This document shows positions 10,504 to 19,905 of a stretch of 64,000 nt of DNA, in pieces. Positions within the stretch are counted from its first letter, which is position 1. Each line of letters starts with the position of its first letter. The stretch lies in NCBI GenBank assembly GCA_027490215.1, contig JAIXYO010000025.1:7277-71276 (forward strand), given 5' to 3'. This DNA comes from Rubrivivax sp. GTDB taxonomy: Bacteria; Pseudomonadota; Gammaproteobacteria; Burkholderiales; Burkholderiaceae_C. Position numbers and translations under genes: made by a program. The notes beneath the pieces were generated by a model. It was given only the letters and a program-made list of their open reading frames with translations. It made no database searches and was not told the DNA's origin.

Positions 10504-11373
10504 GTGATTCCCCCCGCTTGGACCAACGCCGACCTGCACTGCCACTCCTGCGTCTCCGACGGCACGCTGGAACCCGAGGTGCTGGCCGCACGCGCCAAGG
10601 CCAACGGCGTCGAGTTGTGGGCCCTCACTGACCACGACGAGGTCAGCGGGCAACAACGGGCTCGCGATGCCGCTCACGCGCTGGGCTTGCCCTACCTGAC
10701 CGGCGCCGAGATTTCAGTGACCTTCGCCGGCGTGACGGTGCACATCGTCGGCCTCGGCATCGATCCCGAAGACCCCGCACTGGTTCAGGGTCTGGTGCAG
10801 ACGCGCGACGGCCGCATCCTGCGTGCGCAGGAAATGGCGGAGGGACTCGCCAAAGTCGGCATTCCCGACGCGTTCGAAGGTGCACTGACCTATGCCGGCA
10901 ACCCCGAACTGATCGCCCGAACCCACTTTGCCCGCTACCTGGTGGAAACCGGCTACTGCGCCAGCACCCACGAGGTGTTTCGCAAATACCTGGTCGAAGG
11001 CAAGCCGGGCTACGTCGAGCACCGCTGGGCGAGATTGGGCGACGCGGTCCAGTGGATCACGCAGGCAGGCGGCATCGCGGTCATTGCGCACCCGGGGCGC
11101 TACAAGTTCAGCGTCAACGAGGAATTCGCGCTGTTCACCGAATTCAAGAGCCATGGCGGGCGCGGGGTCGAGGTGGTGACAGGCAGCCACACCAGTGCCG
11201 ACTTCGCCAAGTACGCAGACATGGCCATCGAGTTCGATCTGCTCGCCTCGCGCGGCAGCGACTTCCACAGTCCGGAGGAAAGCCGCACCGACCTCGGGAC
11301 CTTGCCGGTGTTGCCAGCGCGCTTGACGCCGGTGTGGGAAGCGCTGATGGACAGGGTGCAGCGGGCGAGTTGA
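10504..11373 (+). CDS. trpH: PHP-domain phosphoesterase (TrpH/YciV family)
   Basis: NADLHCHSCVSDGTLEPEVL...LTDHDEVSG is a PHP metal-binding pattern, with a GTG start. It is adjacent to yciO, as I recall for E. coli yciV-yciO. Confidence 0.85.
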   Translation: MIPPAWTNADLHCHSCVSDGTLEPEVLAARAKANGVELWALTDHDEVSGQQRARDAAHALGLPYLTGAEISVTFAGVTVHIVGLGIDPEDPALVQGLVQTRDGRILRAQEMAEGLAKVGIPDAFEGALTYAGNPELIARTHFARYLVETGYCASTHEVFRKYLVEGKPGYVEHRWARLGDAVQWITQAGGIAVIAHPGRYKFSVNEEFALFTEFKSHGGRGVEVVTGSHTSADFAKYADMAIEFDLLASRGSDFHSPEESRTDLGTLPVLPARLTPVWEALMDRVQRAS

Positions 11374-11425
11374 GACTCGCCATCGTCGTTGGAGTTGGGG
11401 AACCGTGGGCACCGACAATGGCGCG

Positions 11426-12064
11426 ATGTCCAAGCACTTTGAGTTCCACCCCGACAACCCGCAGTCGCGTTTGCTGAAGCAGGCCGCACAGATCCTGCGC
11501 GACGGTGGCGTGGCGGCGGTGCCGACCGATTCGAGCTACGCGCTGGTGTGTCGGCTCGACGACAAGGCGGCGGTCGAGAACCTGCGGCGCATCCGCGGTG
11601 TCGACGACAAGCACCACCTGACGTTGCTGTGCCGAGACCTGAGCGAACTGGCCAGCTATGCGCGCGTCGACAACCGGCAATACCGGCTGCTGAAGCTGGG
11701 CACGCCGGGGCCGTTCACTTTCGTCCTCGAAGCGTCGAAGGAGGTGCCGCGCCGCATCTCGCACCCATCTCGACGCACCATCGGCCTGCGAGTGCCGGAT
11801 CACAAGATGCTGCAGGATCTGCTGGCGGTCTACGGCGAGGCACTCGTCGCGACCACGCTGATCCCACCCGATGAGACCGAAGCCCTGAACGATCCGGACG
11901 AGATCCGTGAGCGCTACGACAAACGGGTGCAGGCGGTGGTCGACGCGGGCGCCTGCGCGGCACGGCCCACCACAGTGGTCGATCTGACCGGCGACACCCC
12001 GGTTCTGCTGCGTCTGGGCCGTGGCGATCCAGCCGTGCTGGGCTTGCAGGCCGAACCCGCTTGA
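11426..12064 (+). CDS. yciO: YciO (Sua5/YrdC/YciO family protein)
   Basis: MSKHFEFHPDNPQSRLLKQAAQILRDGGVAAVPTDSSYALVCRLDDK...HHLTLLCRDLSEL matches E. coli YciO closely along its length, from memory. An alternative GTG start exists at 11405. Confidence 0.88.
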   Translation: MSKHFEFHPDNPQSRLLKQAAQILRDGGVAAVPTDSSYALVCRLDDKAAVENLRRIRGVDDKHHLTLLCRDLSELASYARVDNRQYRLLKLGTPGPFTFVLEASKEVPRRISHPSRRTIGLRVPDHKMLQDLLAVYGEALVATTLIPPDETEALNDPDEIRERYDKRVQAVVDAGACAARPTTVVDLTGDTPVLLRLGRGDPAVLGLQAEPA

Positions 12065-12096
12065 CTCAGCGCCGCGTCAGGAGATGAGGCCAGGCC

Positions 12097-12492
12097 TCAA
12101 GCGCCACCCAGCACCTTGGCAATGCGCGCGGGGTCGAAACCGACCAGTCGCTGCCCGCGCACCAGCAGCGTCGGCGTGCCTGGCGACTGTTGCGCGCGAT
12201 AGCTTTCGGCGCAGGCGGCGTCGGTTTCGATGAAGCATTCGCTGAACGGGATCTGGTGCTCGGTCATGAAGCGGCTCGCAACCTTGCAGTAGGCGCACGT
12301 CTCGGACGAGATCATCACGATGTCGCCGGGCTTGGCGAGCGCAGCCAACGAGACGCCGGATTTCCGATCGTTGTAGGACTGCCAGCTCTGCAACGCGACC
12401 CAAGCGGCCAGCGCGATCAGCAGCGGGCGCAGCCATGATCGGCGACGCAATGGCGTCAGCAGGGCCGGGGTGGGGGTTGGCTCGGTCGGCAT
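12097..12492 (-). CDS. membrane-anchored glutaredoxin-family protein
   Basis: N-terminal TM helix (WLRPLLIALAAWVALQSW) followed by a CAYC redox motif and a ...GTPTLLVRGQRLVGF glutaredoxin-like C-terminus. Confidence 0.7.
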   Translation of the reverse strand: MPTEPTPTPALLTPLRRRSWLRPLLIALAAWVALQSWQSYNDRKSGVSLAALAKPGDIVMISSETCAYCKVASRFMTEHQIPFSECFIETDAACAESYRAQQSPGTPTLLVRGQRLVGFDPARIAKVLGGA

Positions 12493-12498
12493 GTCGCC

Positions 12499-12864
12499 TC
12501 AGGCTCCTGCGGAAACAGCCGCGGTCACGACGATCTCGATCTTCCAGTCCGGCTTGGCGAGGCGCGCCTGCACCGTGGCACGCGGCGGCGCATCGCCCGG
12601 CGGAACCCAGTCGTCCCAGACAGCATTCATCGCGTCATAGTCAGCCAGATCGGCAAGGTAGATCTGCGCCATCAGGATGTGCGCGTTGTCCGTGCCAGCC
12701 TCGGCCAGCAGGCGATCAACCATCGCCAGCACTTGCCGCGTCTGGCCGGCGATGCCCTGCGTGGTGTCACTGGGCACCTGGCCCGCGAGGTACACCACGT
12801 TCTGGAAGATGGCCATCTCGGACAGCCGGTCTCCGACATGAAAACGCTTCAGGCTCTGGGACAT
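12499..12864 (-). CDS. RidA/YjgF/TdcF-family protein
   Basis: 121 aa from the ATG at 12864 (MSQSLKRFHVGDRLSEMAIFQNVVYLAGQVP...PPRATVQARLAKPDWKIEIVV). The longer ORF to 13338 overlaps plsY and was not used. Confidence 0.85.
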   Translation of the reverse strand: MSQSLKRFHVGDRLSEMAIFQNVVYLAGQVPSDTTQGIAGQTRQVLAMVDRLLAEAGTDNAHILMAQIYLADLADYDAMNAVWDDWVPPGDAPPRATVQARLAKPDWKIEIVVTAAVSAGA

Positions 12865-12893
12865 GGCAGGTGATTCCTCATCGCGATGGGTCG

Positions 12894-13562
12894 TCAGCGC
12901 TTCGCGCCGTGTCGGGGTGAGGCAGGCGGTGGCGTTGAGCCCGACTTCTGCCCCAGCTTGCTTTCCGTGCCGTTGAGCAGCTTCTGGATGTTGGCTGAGT
13001 GCCGCCAGATCAGCAACAAACCCATCACGCCGGCAGCAATGGCTGTCGGCCCCGGGCCCCAGATCAGCAACTGGTAGAAAGGCGCGAACAGCGCCGAGAT
13101 CAGCGCCGCCAGCGACGAGTAGCGGAAGAAGTACGCGATCATGAGCCAGGTGACCAGCGTGCCCACGCCAAGCCACGGGTTCAAGCCCATCAAAACGCCG
13201 GCTGCCGTGGCCACGCCTTTGCCGCCCTTGAACTCGAAAAAAACCGGCCACAGGTGACCGAGGAATGCGGCGACACCGACGAGGGCCGCCGTGCCTTCCC
13301 CGAGGCCCCAGTGCCCGCCGAATGCGGCGACCGCCCACACTGGCAAGAAGCCCTTCAGGGCGTCAAGCACCAGCGTCAGCACCGCGGCGCCCTTGTTGCC
13401 TGATCGCAGCACATTGGTCGCGCCGGGATTTCCAGAACCGTAGCTGCGCGGGTCGCCCAATCCCATCGCACGGCTGACCAGCACAGCGAACGACAGGGAG
13501 CCGATCAGGTAGGCCGCCAGCGCAGCGATGAGGGGAATGAAAGGCTCCATGAGGGATGCCAT
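12894..13562 (-). CDS. plsY: glycerol-3-phosphate acyltransferase PlsY
   Basis: [14 protein letters not shown]...[30 protein letters not shown] and FKGGKGVAT are typical PlsY motifs. Confidence 0.9.
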   Translation of the reverse strand: MASLMEPFIPLIAALAAYLIGSLSFAVLVSRAMGLGDPRSYGSGNPGATNVLRSGNKGAAVLTLVLDALKGFLPVWAVAAFGGHWGLGEGTAALVGVAAFLGHLWPVFFEFKGGKGVATAAGVLMGLNPWLGVGTLVTWLMIAYFFRYSSLAALISALFAPFYQLLIWGPGPTAIAAGVMGLLLIWRHSANIQKLLNGTESKLGQKSGSTPPPASPRHGAKR

Positions 13563-13619
13563 GCAGGCGAGGCAGTCAGGTCAACCTTGATTTTGCGCCC
13601 TGGCCTGACTGAGTCCGGG

Positions 13620-14147
13620 TCATCGCTGCGATTTCAGCGGCCCCTGCGCCACCACTGCGCCACCGGTCGCGCATTGCACCGGCCGCGCGCCGAGCAGGGT
13701 GACCAGCACTTTCGGGTCCAGACCGATCAGGTAGCCGCGCTGGCCGCCATTGATGTAGATCCGGGGCAGCTCAAGCACCGTGGCCTCGACGTAGATGGGC
13801 ATCGCCTTCTTCGTACCGAATGGCGAGGTGCCGCCGACCAGATAACCGCTGTGCCGCTGCGCCACCTCGGGCTTGCAGTTCTGCACTTTTTTCGCACCGA
13901 TCTGTCGTGCCAGGTTCTTGGTGCTGACCTGCAGGTCGCCGTGCATCAGCACCACCATCGGCTGCGCGCTTTCGTCTTCCATCACCAGCGTCTTCACCAC
14001 ATGGTGCTCGTCGACGCCGAGCTGGCGTGACGACTCGGCAGTGCCCCCGTTGTCGACGTAGTCGTACAGGTGCTCGGTGTAGACCACCGCTTTGCGCTTC
14101 AGCAATTGCGTCGCGGGGGTTTCAGAGGCGTGTTCTTTGCGGCTCAT
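13620..14147 (-). CDS. ybaK: Cys-tRNA(Pro)/Cys-tRNA(Cys) deacylase YbaK
   Basis: 175-aa ORF with YbaK-like sequence (TPATQLLKRKAVVYTEHLYDY..., VVKTLVM, SGYLVGGTSPFGTKK, INGGQRG). Confidence 0.85.
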   Translation of the reverse strand: MSRKEHASETPATQLLKRKAVVYTEHLYDYVDNGGTAESSRQLGVDEHHVVKTLVMEDESAQPMVVLMHGDLQVSTKNLARQIGAKKVQNCKPEVAQRHSGYLVGGTSPFGTKKAMPIYVEATVLELPRIYINGGQRGYLIGLDPKVLVTLLGARPVQCATGGAVVAQGPLKSQR

Positions 14148-14156
14148 CGGGTTTCT

Positions 14157-15206
14157 TCAGGCTTTGCGGCTCAATCCAAGGCGGCGTTTAGCCCAACGTT
14201 TGTATTCTTTGATGGATGCACGCACTTCACCAAGCAGGTTGAATTCTCGTTTTTCAAACTCAGACTCCTCGATGGGCACGATGTGATTGTTTTCCTGGAG
14301 TCGAATGATGTATCGGTCGAATCGATGAAGCAGCGAACTGGTTTCAGCACCTGCGTACTGAATGACCACTGAAGAATGAACCGGCAAAGGATCATGGAAG
14401 CCTTCAGTTGGCATTTCATCTGTCGGGCGCAGAGCGTAAGACAACGCATAGTTCCTGACCTGATCTGCGGCAATTCGAAAGTTTCTCGCACGGATACTTT
14501 CAGACAGTTCCCTCCAATGAAATGATTCATTCGGTGCACTGTCTTTTTTCATCCTTAGAGAATGTTCGGATAGTATTATCTTGGCTATCAGTTGATTAGA
14601 ACTGCGAATCGGAAAATGCGCCAACGGCGTGGCGAGTAAGATTTCCTGGCAGGCGCCACCGTCAAGTCGTTTGAGTTTGTGGCTTCCCTGGGGAATCCTG
14701 ATCTTGCCGAACAAGGCTCTGGGAACCACTGCCTTGAACATTTGATTTCCTTCATGGTTGCGTCGATGGGTCATGCGCACGGTCGCAGGTATCGAAGGAT
14801 TCAGTTTATCCAGATCATCCTCGACGGGGATATAGGTTTTCCACGGCATGATCCCGTATCCGCTGGAACCAACTTTTTCGAGATCTGCAATCAATGACAG
14901 ACGATCCGGGGCGCCCAGAAATTCATCAGCATCCAGCGGAAATACAAAATCTGCATTTGCATCCTGTTTTGTTGCCTTTTTCAACGCAGCGGTCATCGCT
15001 CTATCCTGCTGATTACTGCAGCTGGTGCTTTTCCACACCTCGATGGCGAGCCCTTCTTTCACAAGCGAGGTCAGGATTTCTGCGGTTTTGTCCTTGCTCA
15101 GGTTATCGACGATATACAGCTTGTCGAGATAGACAAGGTTGTGGCGAACGAATGACTCAATGATGTCTTCTTCGTCGCGGACACAGCTGATTCCGATGAT
15201 TCTCAT
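14157..15206 (-). CDS. glycosyltransferase family 2-like protein (Glyco_tranf_2_4-like), AT-shifted orphan
   Basis: 349 aa from the ATG at 15206 (MRIIGISCVRDEEDIIESFVRHNLVYLDKLYIVDNLSKDKTAEIL...FVFPLDADEFL). Composition is clearly AT-richer than the flanks. The ORF extension to 15365 overlaps the GNAT gene and was rejected. Confidence 0.7.
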   Translation of the reverse strand: MRIIGISCVRDEEDIIESFVRHNLVYLDKLYIVDNLSKDKTAEILTSLVKEGLAIEVWKSTSCSNQQDRAMTAALKKATKQDANADFVFPLDADEFLGAPDRLSLIADLEKVGSSGYGIMPWKTYIPVEDDLDKLNPSIPATVRMTHRRNHEGNQMFKAVVPRALFGKIRIPQGSHKLKRLDGGACQEILLATPLAHFPIRSSNQLIAKIILSEHSLRMKKDSAPNESFHWRELSESIRARNFRIAADQVRNYALSYALRPTDEMPTEGFHDPLPVHSSVVIQYAGAETSSLLHRFDRYIIRLQENNHIVPIEESEFEKREFNLLGEVRASIKEYKRWAKRRLGLSRKA

Positions 15207-15241
15207 TTCTATATTCGGTCGACACTGTCGGCGGTTAGTGT

Positions 15242-15736
15242 TCAGGCAGCGAAGCGCTGCAGCGCTTCGCCGGTGACGCGGCAGATGCGCCAATCGGGCA
15301 TCACGGTCGCCCCCATCCTTTCGTAGAAGCGGATCGCATTGGCGTTCCAGTCGAGCACGCTCCATTCGAAGCGCCCGTAGTCGCGCTCTACCGCGATGCG
15401 GCCGACCCGGCTGAGCAGCGCCTCGCCCACGCCGCGCCCTCGCTGGCGCGGTTGCACGTACAGGTCTTCGAGGTAAAGCCCGGGCTGCGCCAGGAAAGTC
15501 GAGAAGTTGGTGAAGAACAAGGCGAATCCCACCACCTCGCCCGCGCTCTCGGCCACCAAAGCCTCAACGACGGCGCGCTCGCCGAACAGGTGCGGGCGCA
15601 GCTTCTCGGGCGTGACTTGCAACAAGTGCGTCAGGTGCTCGAACTCGGCCAGTTCGCGGATCAGCGACACGATGGCGGTGACGTCGCGCAACTCGGCGGC
15701 GCGGATGGAAAAGGATTCAGAGGCGTCTGCAGTCAT
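15242..15736 (-). CDS. GNAT-family N-acetyltransferase (diamine/SSAT-like)
   Basis: 164 aa with an acetyl-CoA binding pattern (LYVQPRQRGRGVGEALL) and a GNAT fold-like layout. Confidence 0.85.
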   Translation of the reverse strand: MTADASESFSIRAAELRDVTAIVSLIRELAEFEHLTHLLQVTPEKLRPHLFGERAVVEALVAESAGEVVGFALFFTNFSTFLAQPGLYLEDLYVQPRQRGRGVGEALLSRVGRIAVERDYGRFEWSVLDWNANAIRFYERMGATVMPDWRICRVTGEALQRFAA

Positions 15737-16002
15737 GCGGGATCTTGGTCATCTTCGGCCAGCCCATGCTGGCGGTCGAGGCGTTCCATGTGGTGGGCGT
15801 AGTAGGCGACGATGATGACGTAGACCAGCGGCGCACCCAACGCCGCAAACCAAAAACTGAAGGGCCCACCGAAGAAACTGAAGTTCAGCTCGCGTGCAAA
15901 GAACGTCAGCACGAAAGTCACGACGAACCAGATCGCCAGCAAGATCGCGGTGATGTTGCGGTTCTGGCGCCAATGCGCCCGGTGTTTGTCAGTCCAGGGC
16001 AT
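15733..16002 (-). CDS. DUF4212 protein (putative solute:sodium symporter small subunit)
   Basis: 89 aa, two TM helices (ITAILLAIWFVVTFVLTFFAREL, PFSFWFAALGAPLVYVIIVAYY), typical of DUF4212. Its stop overlaps the GNAT start (ATGA). Confidence 0.8.
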   Translation of the reverse strand: MPWTDKHRAHWRQNRNITAILLAIWFVVTFVLTFFARELNFSFFGGPFSFWFAALGAPLVYVIIVAYYAHHMERLDRQHGLAEDDQDPA

Positions 16003-16101
16003 CGGGTTGGCGCTCGCTGGGTTGGCTGGTTGTCAGGCTCATCGCCGCCAAGGGTCGCATGCGAGAATCGAAAGCCGCAATTTGAACAGGGTTGTCACCT
16101 C

Positions 16102-17206
16102 ATGGACGTCGAACACATCAATGCAATTGGCAATCGATTGGCCGACCTGAGCCAGCGCACGGTAGATCTTCGGGGGTATCTTTGACTACGATCGCAAAGC
16201 ACTGCGGTTGAACGAAGTCAACGCGGCGCTCGAGAACCCGAGCGTCTGGAACGAGCCCAAGCGGGCGCAGGAGTTGGGTCGCGAGAAGCGCACGCTGGAA
16301 GCGGTGGTGCAGACCATCGACCACCTGAACAGCAATCTGGCAGACAACACCGAGCTGTTCGAGATGTCGAAGGCCGACAGCGACTTCGACGGGCTGCTGG
16401 CCATTGAAGCCGAAGCCGCGAAGCTTGAAGAAACCGTGGCGCAACTCGAGTTCCGTCGGATGTTCAACAACCCGGCCGATCCGAGCAACTGCTTCATCGA
16501 CATCCAGGCCGGCGCGGGCGGCACCGAGGCCTGCGACTGGGCCGGCATGCTGCTGCGCCAGTACCTGAAGTACTGCGAGCGCAAGGGTTTCAAGGCCACG
16601 CTGGAAGACGAGACAGTCGGCGACATTGCCGGCATCAAGAGCGCCACGATCAAGGTTGAGGGCGAGTACGCCTTCGGCCTGCTGCGCACCGAAACCGGTG
16701 TGCACCGGCTGGTGCGCAAGAGCCCGTTCGACTCGGCCGGCGGTCGCCATACCTCGTTCGCGAGCCTGTTCGTCTACCCCGAAGTCGATGACACGGTGGA
16801 GATCGAGATCAACCCGTCGGACGTGCGCACCGACACCTTCCGCGCCTCGGGTGCGGGCGGTCAGCACATCAACAAGACCGACTCGGCGGTGCGCCTGACG
16901 CACATCCCCACGGGCATCGTCGTGCAATGCCAGGATGGTCGCAGTCAGCACAGCAACCGCGACGTGGCCTGGAAGCGGCTGCGCAGCCGCCTGTTTGATT
17001 TCGAGATGCGCAAGCGGATGGAAGAGCAGCAGAAGCTCGAAGACACCAAGACCGACGTCGGCTGGGGCCACCAGATCCGCAGCTATGTGCTCGACCAGAG
17101 CCGCATCAAGGACCTGCGCACCGGCTACGAGGTATCCGCCACGCAGAAGGTGCTCGACGGCGACCTCGACCCATTCATTGAAGCCAGTTTGAAGCAAGGT
17201 GTGTGA
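16102..17206 (+). CDS. prfB: peptide chain release factor 2, expressed via programmed +1 frameshift
   Basis: Frame 0 runs 16102-16182 ([27 protein letters not shown]) and ends at an in-frame TGA (16183-16185). The +1 frame from 16184 ([25 protein letters not shown]...) contains SPF and GGQ ([18 protein letters not shown]). Confidence 0.94.
16171..16186 (+). promoter_or_regulatory. prfB: prfB +1 frameshift site
   Basis: cgggggtatCTTTGAc: an internal SD-like GGGGG, a 3-nt spacer, then slippery CUU followed by UGA-C. This is almost the same string as the E. coli prfB site (AGGGGGUAUCUUUGAC). Confidence 0.9.
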
Positions 17207-19872
17207 TGCGTGAAGGCACTGCCCCTCTGATCCGCCGCGAGGACTACAGCGCGCCGGCGTTCTGGATCAAGACCGTTGATCTGACCTTCGACCTCGACCC
17301 AGTGCGTACGCTGGTCACAAGCAGGATGCAGCTCGAACGCAACCTGGCTGTGCCGCCGCAGCCCCTCAAGCTGCATGGTGAGGACCTGTCGGTGCTGCGG
17401 GTGCTGCTCAACGGCGAAAGCGTGTCGTTCCGCCATGAAGACGGACTTCTGGTGCTCGACAGCCTGCAGAACGTGCCCGAAGGCCCGTTCACGCTGGAAA
17501 TCCGCAACACCTGCGCGCCCGAGCGCAACACGCAGCTGTCGGGCCTGTACACCTCGAACGGCGGCCTGTTCACCCAGTGCGAGGCCGAAGGATTCCGGCG
17601 CATCACCTACTTCCTCGACCGTCCTGACGTGATGGCCGTCTACACCGTGACGCTGCGGGCCAACAAGGCCGCCTACCCGGTATTGCTGTCGAACGGCAAC
17701 CTGATCTCGCAAACCGACCTCGACGGCGGCAAACACCAGGCCGTCTGGCACGACCCGTTCCCCAAGCCCAGCTATCTGTTTGCGTTGGTGGCCGCCGATC
17801 TGGTCGCCCGCGAACAGCAGATCCGCACGCGCGCGGGGCGCGATCATCTGCTGCAGGTGTATGTGCGCCGTGGCGACCTCGACAAGACCGAGCATGCGAT
17901 GAATTCGCTGATCGCCAGCGTGGTGTGGGACGAGGCCCGCTTCAAGCTGCCGCTGGACCTCGACCGCTTCATGATCGTCGCGGTCGGCGACTTCAACATG
18001 GGTGCGATGGAGAACAAGGGGTTGAACATCTTCAACACCAAGTTCGTGCTGGCCACGCCGGCCACCGCCACCGACGTCGACTATGCCGGCATCGAAAGCG
18101 TGGTCGGACATGAGTATTTCCACAACTGGACCGGCAACCGCATCACCTGCCGCGACTGGTTCCAGCTCAGCCTGAAGGAGGGCCTGACCGTCTTCCGCGA
18201 CCAGGAATTCAGCATTGACATGGCCGGCAGCGAAAGCGCCCGCGCCGTGAAGCGCATCGAGGATGTGCGACAGCTGCGCCAGTTGCAGTTCCCAGAAGAC
18301 GCCGGCCCGATGGCGCACCCGGTGCGCCCCGACAGCTACCAGCAGATCAACAATTTCTACACCGCCACCGTCTACGAAAAAGGCGCCGAGGTCGTGCGCA
18401 TGATGCAGACGCTGGTCGGCCGCGATGGCTTCGCGCGCGGCATGACGCTGTACTTCGAGCGCCACGACGGCCAGGCCGTGACCTGCGACGATTTCGCCCA
18501 GGCGATCGCCGATGCCAACCCCGGCAGCGCGCTGGCCGAGCACCTCGTGCCCTTCAAGCGTTGGTATGCCCAGCCGGGCACACCGCGCCTGAGCGCCAGC
18601 GGCCACTACGACGCACAGGCACGCAGCTACACACTGAGCATCGAGCAGACGCTGGCTCCGGGTCAGGAACCGTTCGTCGTGCCGCTGGCAATGGGGCTGA
18701 TCGCACGCGACGGCACCGCCCTGCCCTTGCGCCTTGATGGCGAAGCCGAAGCTCCCGGCAATCACCGCGTGCTGGTGCTGAACGCTGCCCACAGCCGCTA
18801 CACCTTCACCGACATCGACAGCGCACCCGTGCCGTCGCTGTTGCGCGGTTTCTCGGCGCCTGTGATCCTCTCTGACGACCTCAGCGATGCCGACCTGCTG
18901 GTGCTGCTGCAACACGACAGCGACCCTTTCAGCCGCTGGGAAGCCGGGCAGCGGCTCGCGCTCAATCGCCTGCTCGCGGCCACCCACAACGGCGATGCGC
19001 TCACGCTCGATGCCGCCTTCATCGCCGCGATGCGCGACATCCTGCGACACCCGGCACTCGACGCGGCCTTCAAGGACATGGTGCTGACGCCGCCGAGCGA
19101 AGCCTATGTGGCCGAGAAACTGGCGGTTGTCGATCCGCAGCGCATCCACAGCGCCCGCGAAGGGATGCGTGCGCAGCTGGCTGCCGCGCTGCGCGACGAC
19201 TGGGCCTGGGCCTACGAGCAGCACCAGGTCCCAGGTGCCTACAGGCCCGACCCCGTGTCGTCCGGCAAGCGATCACTGGCCAACCTGTCGTTGTCCATGC
19301 TCTGCCTCGACGCGGTGGCGCGAGGTGACACGGTCTGGCCAGGCCGCGCCTACCAGCGCTTCAAGGACGCGGCTCACATGACCGATCGCCTGGGCGCACT
19401 CGCGGCGCTGGTCAACGCCCATGCGGAATTGGCCACGCCCGCGCTGGAGCGCTTCCACGCGATGTTCAAGGGTGAGGCCCTGGTCATCGACAAATGGTTC
19501 GCCCTGCAAGCTGCCGCGCCCGAGGTCGATGGCAGGGTGTTCGCGCGTGCGCTGGAGTTGCTGAAGCACCCGGACTTTTCCATTCGAAACCCGAACCGCG
19601 CGCGCAGCCTGATCACATCGCTGTGCATGATGAACCCGGCGGCCTTTCACCGCGCCGATGCCGCAGGCTATGCCTTCTGGGCGGATCGGGTGCTCGAGCT
19701 CGACGCGGCAAATCCGCAACTGGCCGCGCGCATGGCCCGCATCATGGACCGCTGGAGTCGCCTGGCCGAGCCCTACCGCAGCGCGGCGCACCAAGCCATC
19801 AGCCGCGTCGCCGCCAAACCCGACCTGTCGAGCGACGTGCGTGAAATCGTTTCCCGCGCCCTGTCAAGCTGA
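17206..19872 (+). CDS. pepN: aminopeptidase N (M1 family)
   Basis: GAMENKGLNIFN and HEYFHNWTGNRITCRDWFQLSLKEGLTVFRD (HEXXH-E zinc motif). The ATG shares one nt with the prfB stop (TGATG). Confidence 0.93.
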   Translation: MREGTAPLIRREDYSAPAFWIKTVDLTFDLDPVRTLVTSRMQLERNLAVPPQPLKLHGEDLSVLRVLLNGESVSFRHEDGLLVLDSLQNVPEGPFTLEIRNTCAPERNTQLSGLYTSNGGLFTQCEAEGFRRITYFLDRPDVMAVYTVTLRANKAAYPVLLSNGNLISQTDLDGGKHQAVWHDPFPKPSYLFALVAADLVAREQQIRTRAGRDHLLQVYVRRGDLDKTEHAMNSLIASVVWDEARFKLPLDLDRFMIVAVGDFNMGAMENKGLNIFNTKFVLATPATATDVDYAGIESVVGHEYFHNWTGNRITCRDWFQLSLKEGLTVFRDQEFSIDMAGSESARAVKRIEDVRQLRQLQFPEDAGPMAHPVRPDSYQQINNFYTATVYEKGAEVVRMMQTLVGRDGFARGMTLYFERHDGQAVTCDDFAQAIADANPGSALAEHLVPFKRWYAQPGTPRLSASGHYDAQARSYTLSIEQTLAPGQEPFVVPLAMGLIARDGTALPLRLDGEAEAPGNHRVLVLNAAHSRYTFTDIDSAPVPSLLRGFSAPVILSDDLSDADLLVLLQHDSDPFSRWEAGQRLALNRLLAATHNGDALTLDAAFIAAMRDILRHPALDAAFKDMVLTPPSEAYVAEKLAVVDPQRIHSAREGMRAQLAAALRDDWAWAYEQHQVPGAYRPDPVSSGKRSLANLSLSMLCLDAVARGDTVWPGRAYQRFKDAAHMTDRLGALAALVNAHAELATPALERFHAMFKGEALVIDKWFALQAAAPEVDGRVFARALELLKHPDFSIRNPNRARSLITSLCMMNPAAFHRADAAGYAFWADRVLELDAANPQLAARMARIMDRWSRLAEPYRSAAHQAISRVAAKPDLSSDVREIVSRALSS

Positions 19873-19905
19873 AGGCCACACCCCGCCCAACCCGAGTGAC
19901 CGACG

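Noticed and set aside
15207-15365. Upstream extension of the AT-shifted glycosyltransferase ORF (called from 15365).
   Set aside because: The extension overlaps the 3' end of the GNAT gene and has the GC-rich flank composition. The glycosyltransferase-like sequence and the compositional shift both start at the ATG at 15206.
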